64,000 nucleotides of DNA, from the NCBI RefSeq assembly GCF_009914755.1, contig NC_060946.1, one strand, 5' to 3'. The notes under the pieces are model-generated. The model was given only the letters and a program-made list of their open reading frames with translations, was not told the DNA's origin and searched no databases. Both the position numbers and the translations under genes were made by a program. This document shows, one piece after another, positions 38,061-53,372 of the stretch (positions within the stretch are counted from its first letter, which is position 1; every line of letters begins with the position of its first letter). Origin of the DNA: the human T2T-CHM13v2.0 reference genome, Homo sapiens.

Positions 38061-40026
38061 AGCTTGAAGGCCGCCTCCCTGGGCCCTGCTAGGGGACCCA
38101 GTAAGATGACAGTTATTCACATTCTCCTTTGTTTCTGATACCAAGCAAACTCCTGGTAAATGCTCCTTCCCCACTTTTGTGGAATAAAGAATGCACATTT
38201 TTTTCTGAGCTCTGCCTGGGTATCCTTAAGGAGAGGGACGCTGTGCCTGGGACGCAGATGAACAAGATAGGAGCTGTTTCCTGGAGGAGCTCCCAGGCTG
38301 ATTTTTGCCTTTGATGTTCTGCATCTTTTTCACAGGCTTTTTGTAGATGTGTGGGGATATTTCTAGAGGAGAAACCAGAGGTGGAAGGAGGGGCATAATG
38401 AAATTGAATGCTGGGCATCTCTTAGCTCACATTATATGAGGCTCTTCAGGGACAATAGACCTTGCAATAAAAGGCAAAAAGGTGATTGCGCACAGAGTGC
38501 TTTTCCTGCACAGTGCTGGGCGGGATGGGGTGGATGGGGCTTGGCGGCTGGAGGAGGGTAGACCCTGCCCGCACCTCCTGGGACCTGTGCGGGACTTTGC
38601 TCACCTTGCTGTTTCTAACCAAGGTACCAGATTCTCTTCACTCAGGTGTGTCAGATTTTAACCCTTGAGGCTAGAACCTTGCCAGGCTTATTCGAAGTCA
38701 GTGGTTCCTAGTAGTCACAGGGCCCCTGCCCTAGACCCCAGACCAGGACCCCCCGGCCCCTGCCCGCCCGCCTTGGCCTGGTGGGGTAGGAGTCACTGTG
38801 AAAGGGGTCCTGGAGCCCAGTATCACTCCAGCGACATTTCCCAGAGAGCATCCTGGGGCCAGTGTGGGGTGTGGGGGAACAGATACTGAGCGCTCTGTCC
38901 CCTCCCCTTGGAGAATCTCACAGTACATTAGCAGAGTCAAGACTCTGAGAAGTCCGGTAGGAAAAGACACCTGCTTAGCTTCCCTTAACTTCACGACTCC
39001 TCCACCTCCTTGACCTTTGCTTGATTCATGTGTGACCTGTGAACGTCTAAACTGCAGGACTCACTTTGGGAGATACTGATGGAGACCAAATAGGTGTCCT
39101 GCTCATATATCCTCCACTTCTTCAGTTTTGCTCAGGATCCACTGGGCTTCCTAAAATGCAAACGAATTGAAAAGCTGTGCTGAATGTGTTTTTCTCTGTC
39201 TGAAAGTACAGCCACCCACGAAAGGAGGAGGTCTGCTAAGTTTTCTTTTAGAAAAGGGGTCCCCAGGCTCTGAATGCTTGAGGACCTCATTGGGATCACC
39301 CCCTCCATTGTGGGCTACCCATCCTCCACCCGCTGTGGCCTATTGATAACCTCCCAGCCACCACCTATGCTCCTAGAGGCCCTGACTGGAATCCCTGTCC
39401 TCACCCTGAGTTTGTCACCTCCTTCCAAACTTCGTGTCCTCTGTTGCAGTTGAGGACCTGGAAGTCATGATTGGGCTGATTAGTGATGGGTGTTTATTTT
39501 GAATTCTTAACTAAACAAGGAGGAATCACATCCTAGCTCCGTATTTTACTAGTTATGGGACCTTGACTTTCCCAAGATCTACTTTCCTTGTCAGTAAAAT
39601 GGCAATAATCGGGGTAACCCATACCCTGATTGCTGAGAACCCCTGTAGGCGTCCATGCCTGGCCCAAAGCCAGGACCCAGGAAGGGAGGCGCAGCTGGGC
39701 GGCCTCTTCTGCGTCTCTGCCAGTTGCTGGCTTGGATTCTAACACCCTCCTTCCCTCCCTCCCTCGCTCTCTACCAGTGGGATCCGAGACCATGAGAACG
39801 TTTGAAGGTTTCTCAAGCGTCTGTGACTGCCCCACGTCTGTCGTTGGGTGGAAAGGACTTTGTAATTGAACGGAGTCAGTTGTAATGTGAATGTCATGTG
39901 GAGCTGCTTTTCCTTGGCAAGTCCTTGCTGTGTGAGCCATTGTTTCCAGATCTGTAGAACCCTCCCTACCCTGTCCCCCTTTCCGGGCTATTGGGAGGCT
40001 GAGCGAGCTCATCATGAGGCCCCTGA

Positions 40027-40508
<482 letters not shown>

Positions 40509-40972
40509 CAGAGTCACCCTTTCTTTTTGTGCCTTATTAGACATCTTCCTGCTACAGGATAGCCCAGAAGAAAGGAACAAGTTTCCGTCATGAATAAGTC
40601 CCCTACCTACTAGGGATGTAGGGATAAAGGACTGGAACTCTCTTTCTTCACCCTGCAGGGCAAACTCCTTCAAGACTCAGCTCCAGGAAGCCTCTCTGGA
40701 CTACTACACTCCCTCCTGAGCCCCCAGCCTTCTCACATACCTCCCTTATGTGTCTCCTGGGTGCTGGAGCCCTCAGAGCAGGGCCTGTATCTAAGTCCCC
40801 CTGTGGCCCACCCAGTGCCCCGTGCCAGGCCTGACCATAGTGGATGTCACTAAGCAGTTGTTCAATGAGTGAATGAACAAATGCAAACTAGGCCCAATCT
40901 TATCAAATTATACTAGAATAATTGTATAAAAAACCAGACTTCTTTAAGTGGAGGAAATTTAAAGTCAGAAGT

Positions 40973-41312
<340 letters not shown>

Positions 41313-42724
41313 TTAAACGTCTCGAATACCAATGCCAAATAAAGGGAACCGAGAGATGAAAGGTGTCACTGTCCTGATCTTCAGATGCAGAAATTTCTGT
41401 GTAGCTGAGGAGGTGGGGCCCGCTTGCCCCCCTTTGAATTTTGGGTTGTGCTTGAGCAGAAGCATTCATTGCTTGGAGAAAGCAGAGGAGACCCCAGAAG
41501 CACTTCCCTCTGAAAGGGAGAAGCAGGTAGGCCAAGGCAGCGGTTCTGGGACCAGCTCTGGGGCCACCTGCTTTTCCCACACTGGGTCTGTGGTGGGCTC
41601 GGCAGCTGGCCTGCACACAGGAGATCCTCAAAACAGATGAGCGAGCATGATTGCCATTTTTACACTCCCTCATTTAATCCGCAGCACTGGAGGAGGTGTG
41701 ATTATGGTGTGTATTTTGTGCAGCCATTTGGTGGACACCTACCGAGGACCCGCCGTGGGGCAGGCTGCTGGCTGGGCTCTGAGGATGCTGACGAGGACCC
41801 TTCTTTGGGATCCTCTGTTCAGGTTGAAGACAGTTTATGAAAACATAAGATAACAGAATGGCCGACTCTGAGGCAGGAGCCAGGGGTGTGTGAGTGGGGG
41901 TCCTGGAAGGGGTCTCTGGAAGCCAGAGGAGGAGTGGTCCTCTGAGGCTGGCCAAGGCTCCCAGCAGAGAGACGGGGGCATGGGCAGAAGCCTGTCGTGC
42001 CAGTGAGCCCTGGCATTTCTGAGCCCCTGATCGGTTCTGTTGCCTGCACGACGGCCTGGGTGAGCAACACTGACAGGAGACCCCTGCCTTAGTACCATGT
42101 CTCCTGGGCTCTGGCTAGTGGCGCCTCCTGGCAGCAGCTGCCCAGGCCACACAGGATGCTGGCTACATGCTTGGCTGGTCTGGCCATCCCTGCATGGCCC
42201 CGCTGTCACTGGTATCTGGAGATCACACCCAGCCAGAGCCTAGTGCCACCCTCGGATGCTTCCTTGGGGAGGGAGGATGCCCTGTTTCCATGGCAACCCT
42301 AGGTGGGAGGCCAGGGCTTCAGGCAAGCTGCTGAGCTTTTCACAGCCCTGGGAGTGAGGAGCAGGGCAGGCTGACCCTGGCCTGTGGGGCAGAATTAGTA
42401 GAGGAGGAGCCCCACCATCCCTGAGAAGAGGAGGGGAGTGGGGTGGGGAACATTAGACAATGTTCACTGCCCCTCCCTCAGCTTCCCAGCTGCCCACGGC
42501 AGTCCCAGGCCAGGCCAGTGTGGGCGTGGGGGGCAGTTAGAGCGTGGCCGTGTGGTGTGCCAGCACGCAGTGCAACAGCCAAGACAATGGAGTCATCCCC
42601 TGCCCCTGGGCCCTTCCCTCCACCCCACCTCATGTCTGCACTAGGTGAGGAAGCAGAGGACGGAGGAGCCCAGTGGGCTCTGGGAGCTCCTGGGACTCCT
42701 GAGTCGGTGGGGACGGGGCTTCCC

Positions 42725-42903
42725 AGCCTCAACACTGAGGATTCTTGGTTGTGGAGCTCTCCTGAGCATTGCGGGGTGTTGAGCGGCATCCCTGGCCTCT
42801 ACACACGAGGTGTCAGTTGTGACAACCCAAAGTGTCTCCAGATGCCACTACGTACCCTCCCAGTGTGGGGGTGGAGGAATCGTCCCCAGTTGAGATCCGC
42901 TGA
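42725..42903. mobile_element. MER20 DNA transposon
   Basis: GCATCCCTGGCCTCTAC...GTTGTGACAACCCAAAGTGTCTCCAGA...CCCCAGTTGAGA. Confidence 0.8.
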
Positions 42904-43071
42904 GCTGAGAGGCTCCCCGGAAGCAGGTGGTGAAGGAAGGGAAGGCCCTGGGCCCTGGAGACATGGATGCCTGCCTGGGACACACACAAACACGCACGCA
43001 CATGCACGCATGCATACACTCACTCATATGCACACATGTTCATGCATGCACCCGCAGTGACCCTGAAGGGA

Positions 43072-43600
43072 CTAGACTATTTTTAGAGCACTTTTAAGTT
43101 CACAGCAGAATTGAGTGGAAGGTGCAGAGATTTCCCGTGACTGCACGGCCCCACCACGCACACTATCAACATCCTCCCCCTCTAACAACGTCCAGACCAG
43201 AGGGTGCATCTGTGGTACCTGGTGGACCCACATGGCCATATCAGGGTCACCCAGAGTCCACAGTTTCCATGAGGGGCCCCTCTTGGTGCTGGACATTGTG
43301 TAAGGACAGGGACCCCCATGGTAGCAGTGACACTGCCCTGAGATCCCCGTGCCCCACCTGCTCATCCCTGTCTCCCTCTCACTCCTGGCAACCTCTGCTC
43401 CTTTCACTGTCTCCGTAGTTTTGCCTGCCCCACAGGGTCGTGCAGTTGGGATCACACTGTCTGCAGCCTTTTCAGACTGGTTTTTCACTCAGTGAGATGC
43501 ATTTAAGTTTCCTCCACGCCTTTTCACAGCTGACGGCGCGTTTCTTCTTGGTTCCAAGTGGCTCTTTCTGCATTGTCTGGACGGATCCATTTGTTCCCTG
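43072..43600 (-). mobile_element. L1MC 3' fragment
   Basis: TAGACTATTTTTAGAGCACTTTTAAGTTCACAGCAGAATTGAG. Confidence 0.8.
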
Positions 43601-44849
43601 TTTGCCTCCCAGAGGATCCGCTGCTCTTGCTGCAGATGTATAGCCCAGGTGCTGTGGAGTTGGGATGGAGCAGTCGAGCTGGGATCAGAGCCCAGGCCCC
43701 TGCCCTGAGGTTGGAGCTCTCTGACTGCACCTGGCCTAGGCCTGTGCATTGTCTAAACTGATGGCCGTGGGGCAGGGGACCTGGAGCGCAAAGCAGGAGA
43801 GGATGCTGAAGGGGGCAGGTGGGGCCGGGACTTGGGAGTGTCTGGAAGGAGGACCGCCTGCCTCAACCCAGGGCTGGTCTGTGGAGGCCAGAGCGCTCAG
43901 CCCCTCAATGCTAGGCCTGTTGTGAGTTTCTCCATGAGGTGGCCCTCTCAGAAAGAGTGGCTCCACAGCAGCTGAGTTGGGGGCCCCATGGCAGCTGAGT
44001 CGTGGACTCCATGGCCGCTGATTTGGGGGATGCCTGTCCTTGTAGAGACTGTCACCTCTAGGAATGGTGAAAGGGCGGCCACCCGCAGCCCTGTGTCCTC
44101 TTTCTAGTCCTCTGTCTTGTAAGCCCGGTCCCCACAGTGGCCCCAGTCCTCCCCTGCCAGAAATTCGTTCTCCTCAGAAATCCGTTCTCCTCTCTGATCT
44201 TTCAGGCCTAGAGACAGGCTCTTCCCTCCAGAGGGTGCAGCCCAGGGGTTCTGGTAAGATACAGAGCCCAGCCTCAACATAGCAGGAAGTTTTTCCACAA
44301 ATACACAGTTCTTCAAGACCACATGCAGCTGTGCGTGGGGTGTGTTTTGAAGGGCAATGGCAGGAGCAGTGTATGCCTCGTGGTGCAGGGAGCACGAGTT
44401 GTTTATAGGCGTGCCTGGGTCCTGGGTCTCTGTGCACCCTCCTCTAGATTCATGGGGCATCTGCCCACCGTGAGATAGATAAGCCAGGGTGCCTGCCCCT
44501 TTCTCAGGTGAGATGCTGAGGGCCAGAAACATGCTGCTGTGTCCCATGGAGGAGGTGGCCTGCCCCAACTCCCCTGCACCCTAGGGAGAGTGCCCACAGG
44601 CTGGGGGCTGGGGCTGGGTCCTGTGCCCCCTCCCCAGCCCTCGGTATGTGGCTCGCTGAGGTGTGCGCCGGAATGTTGGGCACATCCTGTCTGATACCAG
44701 CTTGGCTGGAAGTCGAATTATGATCAGAATATCACATGATGTGTGGCCTGGGTCCCCCTTTGGTTGACACTCTTGAGTATGGGTCCTGTGCCTGCCCGGG
44801 GCCAAGCAGCAGGTGCAACCGGGCCTGCCCTGGGGCAGCATGGGGTGTG

Positions 44850-45275
44850 CTAGTGTCCTGGGGCCACTGTAACAAAGCACCACAACCTGAGTGGCTTAAA
44901 CAACAGAAACATAGTCTGTCACAGTTTTGGAGGCTGGAAGTCCAAGATCAAGGTGTCAGCTGGGCTGTGCTCCCTCCAGGGCTCCGAGAGGATCCCCCTT
45001 GGCCTCTTCCAGGCTGTGGTGGCTCTGGTGTTCCCTGCCGTGGGCCACATCACTCCAGCCTCTGTCTCCCTCTTCACGTGGGCCTCCTTCTCCGTCTGTG
45101 TCTCTGTCCTCTCCTCTTCTTGTAAGGACGCCTGTCATTGGATTAGGGCCCACCCTAATGACCGAATCTGCAACTTGATTACATCTGCAAAGACCCTGCT
45201 TCCAAATAAGGCCACAGTCACAGGTGTTGGGGGCCAGACTCCAGTGTGCCTTTTAGGGGAGATACAGTGCAATAC
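44850..45275 (-). mobile_element. MLT1A0-like LTR
   Basis: GTGGCTTAAACAACAGAAA...GGAGGCTGGAAGTCCAAGATCAAGGTGTCAGC. Confidence 0.85.
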
Positions 45276-45502
45276 ACAGCACACAGTGAGGTCTTCCAGA
45301 TCCCCAGACCTATCTTCTTCCAGACCGCCAGACAACACCGATAAGGGTGAAGTTGGCTTACGAGTCCTGGCCAGGATGTGACGGGGAGTCGCCAGGTGGG
45401 TGCCGGGGAGGTGGGAAGCTCTGCAGGGGATTGGAGAACCACACGTCATTGCCCACATGTGACTTTAAACCTTAGCAATGATATTGGAGGGGGATAGTTA
45501 CT

Positions 45503-45741
45503 CTTTTTTTTTCTTCTGAGACAGTGTCTCATTCTGTCATCCAGGCTGGTGTGCAATGGTTCTAGCGATTCTCCTGCCTCAGCCTCCCGAGTAGCTGGTA
45601 TTACAGGCACCTACCATGACACTCGGCTAATTTTTGTGTTTTTAGTTGAGACGGGTTTTCACCATGTTGGCCAGGCTGGTTTCGAACTCCTGACCTCAAG
45701 TGATCCGCCCACCTCAGCCTCCCGAAGTGCTGGGATTGTAG
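45503..45741 (-). mobile_element. AluS, internally deleted and 5'-truncated
   Basis: TSD GGGGATA(G)TTACTCTTT. Confidence 0.85.
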
Positions 45742-46496
45742 GCAGGGGATATTACTCTTTACAGCTAGGGAAACAGTTGGGCTTGGTGACATGATAGAGA
45801 CACCAGGTCCCTTGAGGACAGGGGGCCATTTGCAGAGCCGTGTGGTGGAAGGAGCCTGAATTTGGAGCCCCAAGCTCACAGCGTGGGTCCTTGTCACATG
45901 TCCTGTGAGCTCTGTTTGCATCCTTAGCTCAGGCAAGCTACTGTGTTGAACTGGCTGGACACAGTGTGTCTGTCTCTCCCTCTTCCAGAGAAGTCCTCAC
46001 TTAAGGTTGTGTCACTGTTTTTACTGATGTTGGAATTGGCACTTGGAGATGTGAACTTTCCCAAGGCCACACACCCAGATGAGTGGTTAGACCCGGACCT
46101 GCCTAACTCCAGCATATCTTTTTCAGGGGGACACAATTAAATCCACAGCATGGACTGAGTTCCCCTCTTCTCTGCCACCATCCTGACCTTTTCCTGGCCA
46201 GGGTTACCATGTCGGGGCAGGCATGGGGGAAGTGGTAAGGGAGGTATCTGGACCTAGTAAAAGGCTCTGGTCCTCCTGCTTCCTCTTGTAAGGACCCTGT
46301 CAATCACATCGGGCCCCCTGAATAACCAGGCTAATCTCCCACCCCAAGGTCCTTACCTAATCACATCTACAAAGTCCCCCTCTTGCCATGTAAAGTCACA
46401 GGTTCCTGGGACTTGATGTGAACATCTTTGCAGGGACCATGATCCAGCCTTCCATAGAGGCAGTGACAGATGGAGTAGAATATAGGTCCTTTGAGT

Positions 46497-46792
46497 ATTT
46501 ATTTATTTAAGATGGAGTCTCACTCTGTCGCCCAGGCTGGAGTGCAATGGCGAGATCTCAGCTCACTGCAGCCTCTGACTCCTGGGTTCAAGCGATTCTC
46601 CTGCCTCAGCCTCCCAAGTAACTAGGATTACAGGCGCAGACCACCAAGTGCAGCTAATTTTTTTGTATTTTTAATAGAGATGAGGTTTTACCATGTTGGC
46701 CAGGCTGGTCTCAAACTCTTGACCTAAGGTGATCCACCCGCCTCGGCCTCCCAAAGTGCTGGGATAACAGGCGTGAGCCACCGCGCCCGGCC
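46497..46792 (-). mobile_element. AluSx inserted in the upstream copy of a local duplication
   Basis: TSD CCT(T/G)TGAGT; absent from the paralogous copy at ~48490. Confidence 0.9.
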
Positions 46793-47350
46793 CCTGTGAG
46801 TTTTTACAAGAGACACTGCAGTAGAGAGAATGGTAGAGTCCTCAAACCCTGATTCAGTCGTTCATGAATTCACTGAGCACTCAACGTTTCCCGCAATGTG
46901 TGTCCTCTTCTTTGCCAGCCTGCTGGTGTGCTCCTGGTGCTTGGTCCACCATAGATGGGTGTGCTTGGTCCAGGAGGCTGATGGTGCTGACATCTGGGCT
47001 GATATTCACCGTTTTTAGTGACTTGAATGACGTCCATGCAGAAGAGCTAGTGCACCATCCTTGTGTTTGAAAATGCCCGGGCTCCAGCCTGAGAACCTGG
47101 TAGGCCAGTAATTGGAGGGACAGTAGCAGGATCGAGAAGCCATCTGTGTCACGTGTTCTTGGGGACAAAGAGGAGACACAGGCTCAAGGAACAGCAAGGT
47201 TTGTGGGACACAGCTGTGTCTGAAAACGTCAAGCAGTTAGCTCATCCCTGGCTACTTCCTGTGAACCCATTAAATCCCCAGGCTGAGGAGGACAGAGGGT
47301 GAGGGAATCTGACCCCTTACTCAGCCCTTTAGCCAGCGGCTGCTGTGCTA

Positions 47351-47737
<387 letters not shown>

Positions 47738-47988
47738 TCAGACCTTGGTGTCACAGGAGAATGGCCCGCGGCAGCCTTAGGGCCAGTTGTGATTTTATCC
47801 ACAGTGTTGGTCAGATGCGTCCTCTGTGCTTGTTTAATATTCATTCTGCTTGCGTGAACAAAGCCATGTCAGTTTCAGTAACGCTTGTGCCAGGGGGCAC
47901 CCGGTGTGGAGCAGGGCTCAGTAAAACTGCTGCAAAGAATGTTCCAGGCTTTTTGAAATTACGTGGAGTTGCTGGGGCTCTCTTGAGG

Positions 47989-48450
47989 CTGTTAATTTAC
48001 TTAGGGCTGCTGTGACAAAATACCACAAACCCAGTGGTTTAAACCAACACAAATCTATTATTTTACAGTTCTGGAGGTCAGGAGTCCCAACATCAAGGTG
48101 GCAGCAGGGCCGGTTCCTTCCGGAGGCTCCAGGGGAGAATCCCATTCCTTGCCTTTTCCAACTTGCAGAGGCACCTGCGTTCCTTAGTGCCTGGCCTCTT
48201 CCTCTGTCTTCAAAGCCATCTCCCGATCTTTCTCTGTCTCCTTCGCCACACCTCCTCTGGCTCTGGCCCTCCTGCTTCCTCTTGTAAGGACCCTGTCAAT
48301 CACATTGGGCCCCCTGCATAATCCAGGCTAATCTCCCACCCCAAGGTCCTTACCTAATCACATCTGCAAACTCCCTCTTGCCATGCAAAGTCACAGTTTC
48401 CTGGGACTTGATGTGGACATCTTTGCAGGGACCAAGATCCAGCCTTCCAT
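47989..48450 (-). mobile_element. MLT1C-like LTR
   Basis: GGGCTGCTGTGACAAAATACCACAAAC...CCTTGCCTTTTCCAACTTGCAGAGGC. Confidence 0.82.
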
Positions 48451-49130
48451 AGAGACAGTGACAGATGGAGTAGAAAGTACATCCTTTGAGTTTTTACAGG
48501 AGACACTGCAGTAGAGAGAATGGTAGAGTCCCGAAACCCTGATTCATTCATTCATGAATTCACCGAGTGTTCACGGAGCACCTGCCTCAGTCCAGGCGTC
48601 ATGTTGGGAGCAGGGGAGACAGAGCAGGCCATGCATCTGTCCTTTCAGAGCACTGTAGACGCAAATCCTGTAGCACAGATGTGCCTTAGACTAATAGTGC
48701 CTCGAAAGGAGAGGAAGGGGAATGGATGCGGGGAGTGGGGAACCTGACCTGCTTTGTGGGGTCATGGAGTGACTCTCCACCTGCCGTCATCCCTCCATCC
48801 CTTGTTTGGGGCTGTTCCTCCAAAGGTGCAGTCTCCAGCAGGGGTGTGGGGACCCCTGTGGGCCGTGAAGGCCTTTCTCCTTTTCTGCTGTGGGCATTGC
48901 ATCTGTTCCTGATGGGTAGAGTTGTCTGTGCCCGGTGGGGCCCAAGGCAGTGCCATGGTGGTTCTTTGAGTATCTCAGGTGGGAACTGAGCTGCCAGCAC
49001 CAGAGGCCAATGGCTTCCAGCACTCCCCAAATCCACCTGCTTTTGGAAGGGGCCTGTCTCCGAAGCAGGCCGGGTCCTCCTGTTGGGGGAAGCTTTCATG
49101 GAGGCATCTGTGTCACTTCTGCAGGGGAGA

Positions 49131-49149
49131 CAGCCGCTAGAGGGCACTG
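49131..49149 (+). promoter_or_regulatory. Strong CTCF consensus motif
   Basis: CAGCCGCTAGAGGGCACTG matches CCRCYAGRGGGCRC; TGCAG upstream module at 49120-49124. Confidence 0.65.
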
Positions 49150-49780
49150 TCCTTCTGGCCTTTCCCACATCCCCGTTTCCATGGCAGGTGCATAGTAAAG
49201 CCTTTCTTTTTCTAACGACTTAATGATTTAATCTTCTTATTTTCTCAGCAGACAACGCTTTGGACTTCCCTGGATACATTGGGACGTTACCAGTCACATT
49301 AATTAATACGAGTTTCACAACTTGGGAACCAGCGAACGTGCTTCTCCAGACTTAGCTTCTGCACGGCCGTTTCTGCTTTCCTTTATGAAGTGCGTTTCTC
49401 TAAGAGCCTGGCAGTCTCATGGGGCTCGTCTGTTGCTGGAAGTGAGCAGCGGGTTCCATTGCCCCCCGCCTCGGTGGGGCTCATTGTGCAGCTTGCTGGC
49501 AAGTGGCTGGGCTCGGAGGGGCGGTGACGGTGACACACGCCAGGGGAAAGGTTGGCATCCTCTTCTGAGAATTGTTTCTTTTGGGTTTCACACCCTGCCC
49601 CCACCTTCTGCTGCCTCGAGGCTCTTTTCTTCTTATTATTAGCTAATGACAGATTTCATGACCAGTGACTGAAATCATTTGGAAGTACCCCCTGAAAGCC
49701 AGCGTGATGGGTTGGAGAAATGTGACAGACGCAGCCTCTGAAAATCACAGAGGCAGAGGCTTGCGTCGAAGGACTTGCTA

Positions 49781-50337
<557 letters not shown>

Positions 50338-51054
50338 TCAGTCTGAGAAACCAATCAGATCATCATTGTCTCTAAAGAATGTGTCCTCCTTTGTAGACAA
50401 GAAGCTCACCGGCCCCTCCATGCCCCGGTTTCTCGCCCAGGTGGGTTAGACGGCCAACCTGACATTTTACCGTGCACCTGGAAGTCTTTCTTCCTGTTCT
50501 CCTTCCCACAAAGGATTCATTTTTCTGTGGTTCTAACATTTTCCTGATCACCCCAGGGACAAAGGGGAAGAAAAGACCGTGTTTCTGGGCCAAGGGAATC
50601 ATCTGTTTAACATGGGCTTCGGAGCTTTTTTTACATTTCTATGTAAGCAACTTTTCGTATTCAGAAGACCCAGTTTCCCTGAGCCAGATGGACTCCTTCC
50701 ATCTCGGGGTGGTCTGTATTTCAGATTCCTGCAGCAGGTGGCTGGTCGGAATGCACACCCCAGGAGGTGAGGCTGGGGGGATGTTGGCTCCTGGGCTGCT
50801 TGTACTAGCAAGTCCCTAATTGCGGAGCGGACTCCTTCCTCCTGAGCCCATCAGCCTCTACGTGGCCACATCAGGGTAATTGGGTTCCTTGTGAAACACG
50901 ACTGCCAGGCTAATGTAAACCTTAATGGAAACCCTCTTTTTCCACCCAATTAAGTGGCTGGAGGTGGGATGCTGTGTGAGAGCCGTCAGTTCAGTTCCCT
51001 GACTTTCTCTTGTAGAAATTATCTATGTAGCTCCATTTGGCCTACATAAGCTTA

Positions 51055-52170
51055 GCATTTGTGTTCATTCATTCATTCATTCCACAGATATTCAGAGAGC
51101 AGTTATCCATGTGCTGGGTTTTATGCAGGATGTGAGGCCATGGTCATGAATGGGACCTGGCCCCTGTGCACTCCTTGCGGGGTCGGGGGGTGCAGGGAGA
51201 TGAGCACAGTCCACAATCACATGATCGGGGAATAGGGTTTGTCATTGTCATGTGCACGGGGAGCTGTGGAAACCCAGAGGAGGGGCCCGAACTGCACCCA
51301 GGGATAGAGGATGTGCAGAGTGTGCTTTCCAGACGGTGGGAAATGGGTGGAGCTAGCTGACCTGAAGTGAAGGGCATTGCAGGTTGTGGGGACAGTCGAG
51401 CAGAGGGGCAGAGATATGACCTACAGAAGTGGCCTGGAATGGCCTCATCAGACGATGAGTGTGGAAGCATGGTAACTGCAGCTGTATTGATGAGAGGAGG
51501 GGTCTGCTCATTAACAGTCATCGGGTACCACTATGAAGGTTTTGCGTTTTACCCTGGAGCTGGTGGGAGCCATGGGGTGCACTGCAGCAGGGAGTGACCA
51601 ACGCCAGCTTTGTGTATTGGAAGGATTTCTACATCAGACAGGACTCTCTTGGTTTGCAAAGGACAGAAAACCCAACTCAAAATGGCTTAAAAGCAAAACA
51701 GAATTCACTGGTACATTTGACAGAATGGTCTGTGGGGTTGGATGGCCTCAGGTAAGGCTTGATCCAGCACATAGAAGGTGTTGCTAGATCCTAGATTCTG
51801 TTCTCCCCTTCCCCGAGCTCTTTCGATCTGGTGCCTTCATCTCCAGGCTCTGTATAGTGGTAAGATGATGGGACGGCTTCAACCTCCATCCTTTCTGGGT
51901 CAAGGCCAGTGGGAAGGAGTGCCTGTCTCATTCTCTATTCCTGGTAAAGTCTCAGTGCAGTTCATTAGCTCTAACTGGGCCATGCCCATCCCTGACTGTG
52001 TTCCTGGGAGGCCAGTGTGCCAGCTGGCTTTGTCCTGGGATGCCTGCTCCACCCCAGAGCTGAACTACAAGGCCCGAGCATGGTGGCAGGAGGGGTGGCT
52101 CTCTCTGAGGGAGGCTGAGTCTTGTTTGCCTGAAAGGATCAATGGATGCTGGAGAAGAAAAGCAATGGTG
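51055..52170. mobile_element. L2 remnant (~51055-51620) followed by an old MLT1 (J/K-like) LTR
   Basis: (TTCA)n L2 3' end; ACAGAAAACCCAACTCAAAATGGCTTAA. Confidence 0.6.
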
Positions 52171-52924
52171 TCCATAACAGTCACCTCCAGAAGGGGAGAG
52201 GCTGGGCTGGGGTGGGAAGAGTTTAGGGCAGGGCTTGCAGGGGCCAAGGTGGCCATCCTGGTGAGAAAGCCCCACTGGCCAATCCAAGAATAGGGCACGA
52301 GATGTGAGCCTGCCAAGGGTACTCCCAGGTCTGGCATCTTGGTTCTTTCCGCTGCGTTCTTGGCACAGACACTCATGCCAGGGCCTTTGCTGTCACCCAT
52401 AGTCTCAGAGTCATGTTATTATTCTGCAGTCATCTGTGGGGATGGGACCGTGCAGGACTTTCCCTCCCCAGCTTCCTCCCTCCTTCAGGGTAGCTCACTG
52501 TGTCCCCCGAGGCAGCCAGTGCTGCCGGGAGAGGCCCGAGACTCCTTCTGGGTCTCAGAGCCATTTCTATGGTTGAACCCAGTGTGTGTCCTTCCCTGTA
52601 GAATTGGCTGCCACTTTGTTTCCTTTAGGGTCCCCACTGCACCCTGTACATAACCCTGCCAGGACATCTGTTTATTTTCCATTCTTGTAGCTTTATTTTT
52701 ATTTCAAAAGGAGTACAAGAACACAGTCTGGTGGCAGAGCCTCCCTCTGTCTCCTCCTTACCTTCAGCCACTGGGCCTTGCATCAGTAATGCTGCTCTTG
52801 TCATTCTGGAGCATGCCCTTTCATTTCTTTTTCTGTGAATTTTGATACGTACACATAGAAATACATAGTGGTGAGTTTTCTAGTTGTATTTTTTACATAA
52901 ATATCATGCTGTATTTATTTTAAA

Positions 52925-53372
52925 GTGTCTCACCATGTTGCCCAGGCTGGACTTGAACCCCTGGGCTCGAGTGATCCTCCCACCCCAGCTCCAAGTAGCT
53001 GGGACAACAGATGTACACCACCACACCCAGCCTTTGCTGTATTGTTCTGCAACATGGTTTTCTTTTTCTTTTTCTTTTTCTTTTTAATTTTTTGAGACAA
53101 GATCTGGCTCTGTCACCCAGGCTGGAGTGCAGTGGCGTGATCTTGGCTCACTGCAACCTCCGCTTCTCGGCTTCAAACTTTCTTTCCAGCCTCCTGGGTA
53201 GCTGGGACTACAGATTCACACCACCATTCCTGGCTAATTTTTGTATTTTGTGTAGAGATGGGGTTTTGCCTTGTTGCCCCGCTGGTCTCGAACTCCTGAG
53301 CTCAAGCCATCCACCTACCTCAGCCTCCCAAAGTTCTGGGATTATAGGTGTGAGCCACTGCAGCTGGCCCAA
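52925..53372 (-). mobile_element. Alu fragment plus a diverged Alu (53060-53372)
   Basis: Antisense Alu motifs. Confidence 0.82.
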
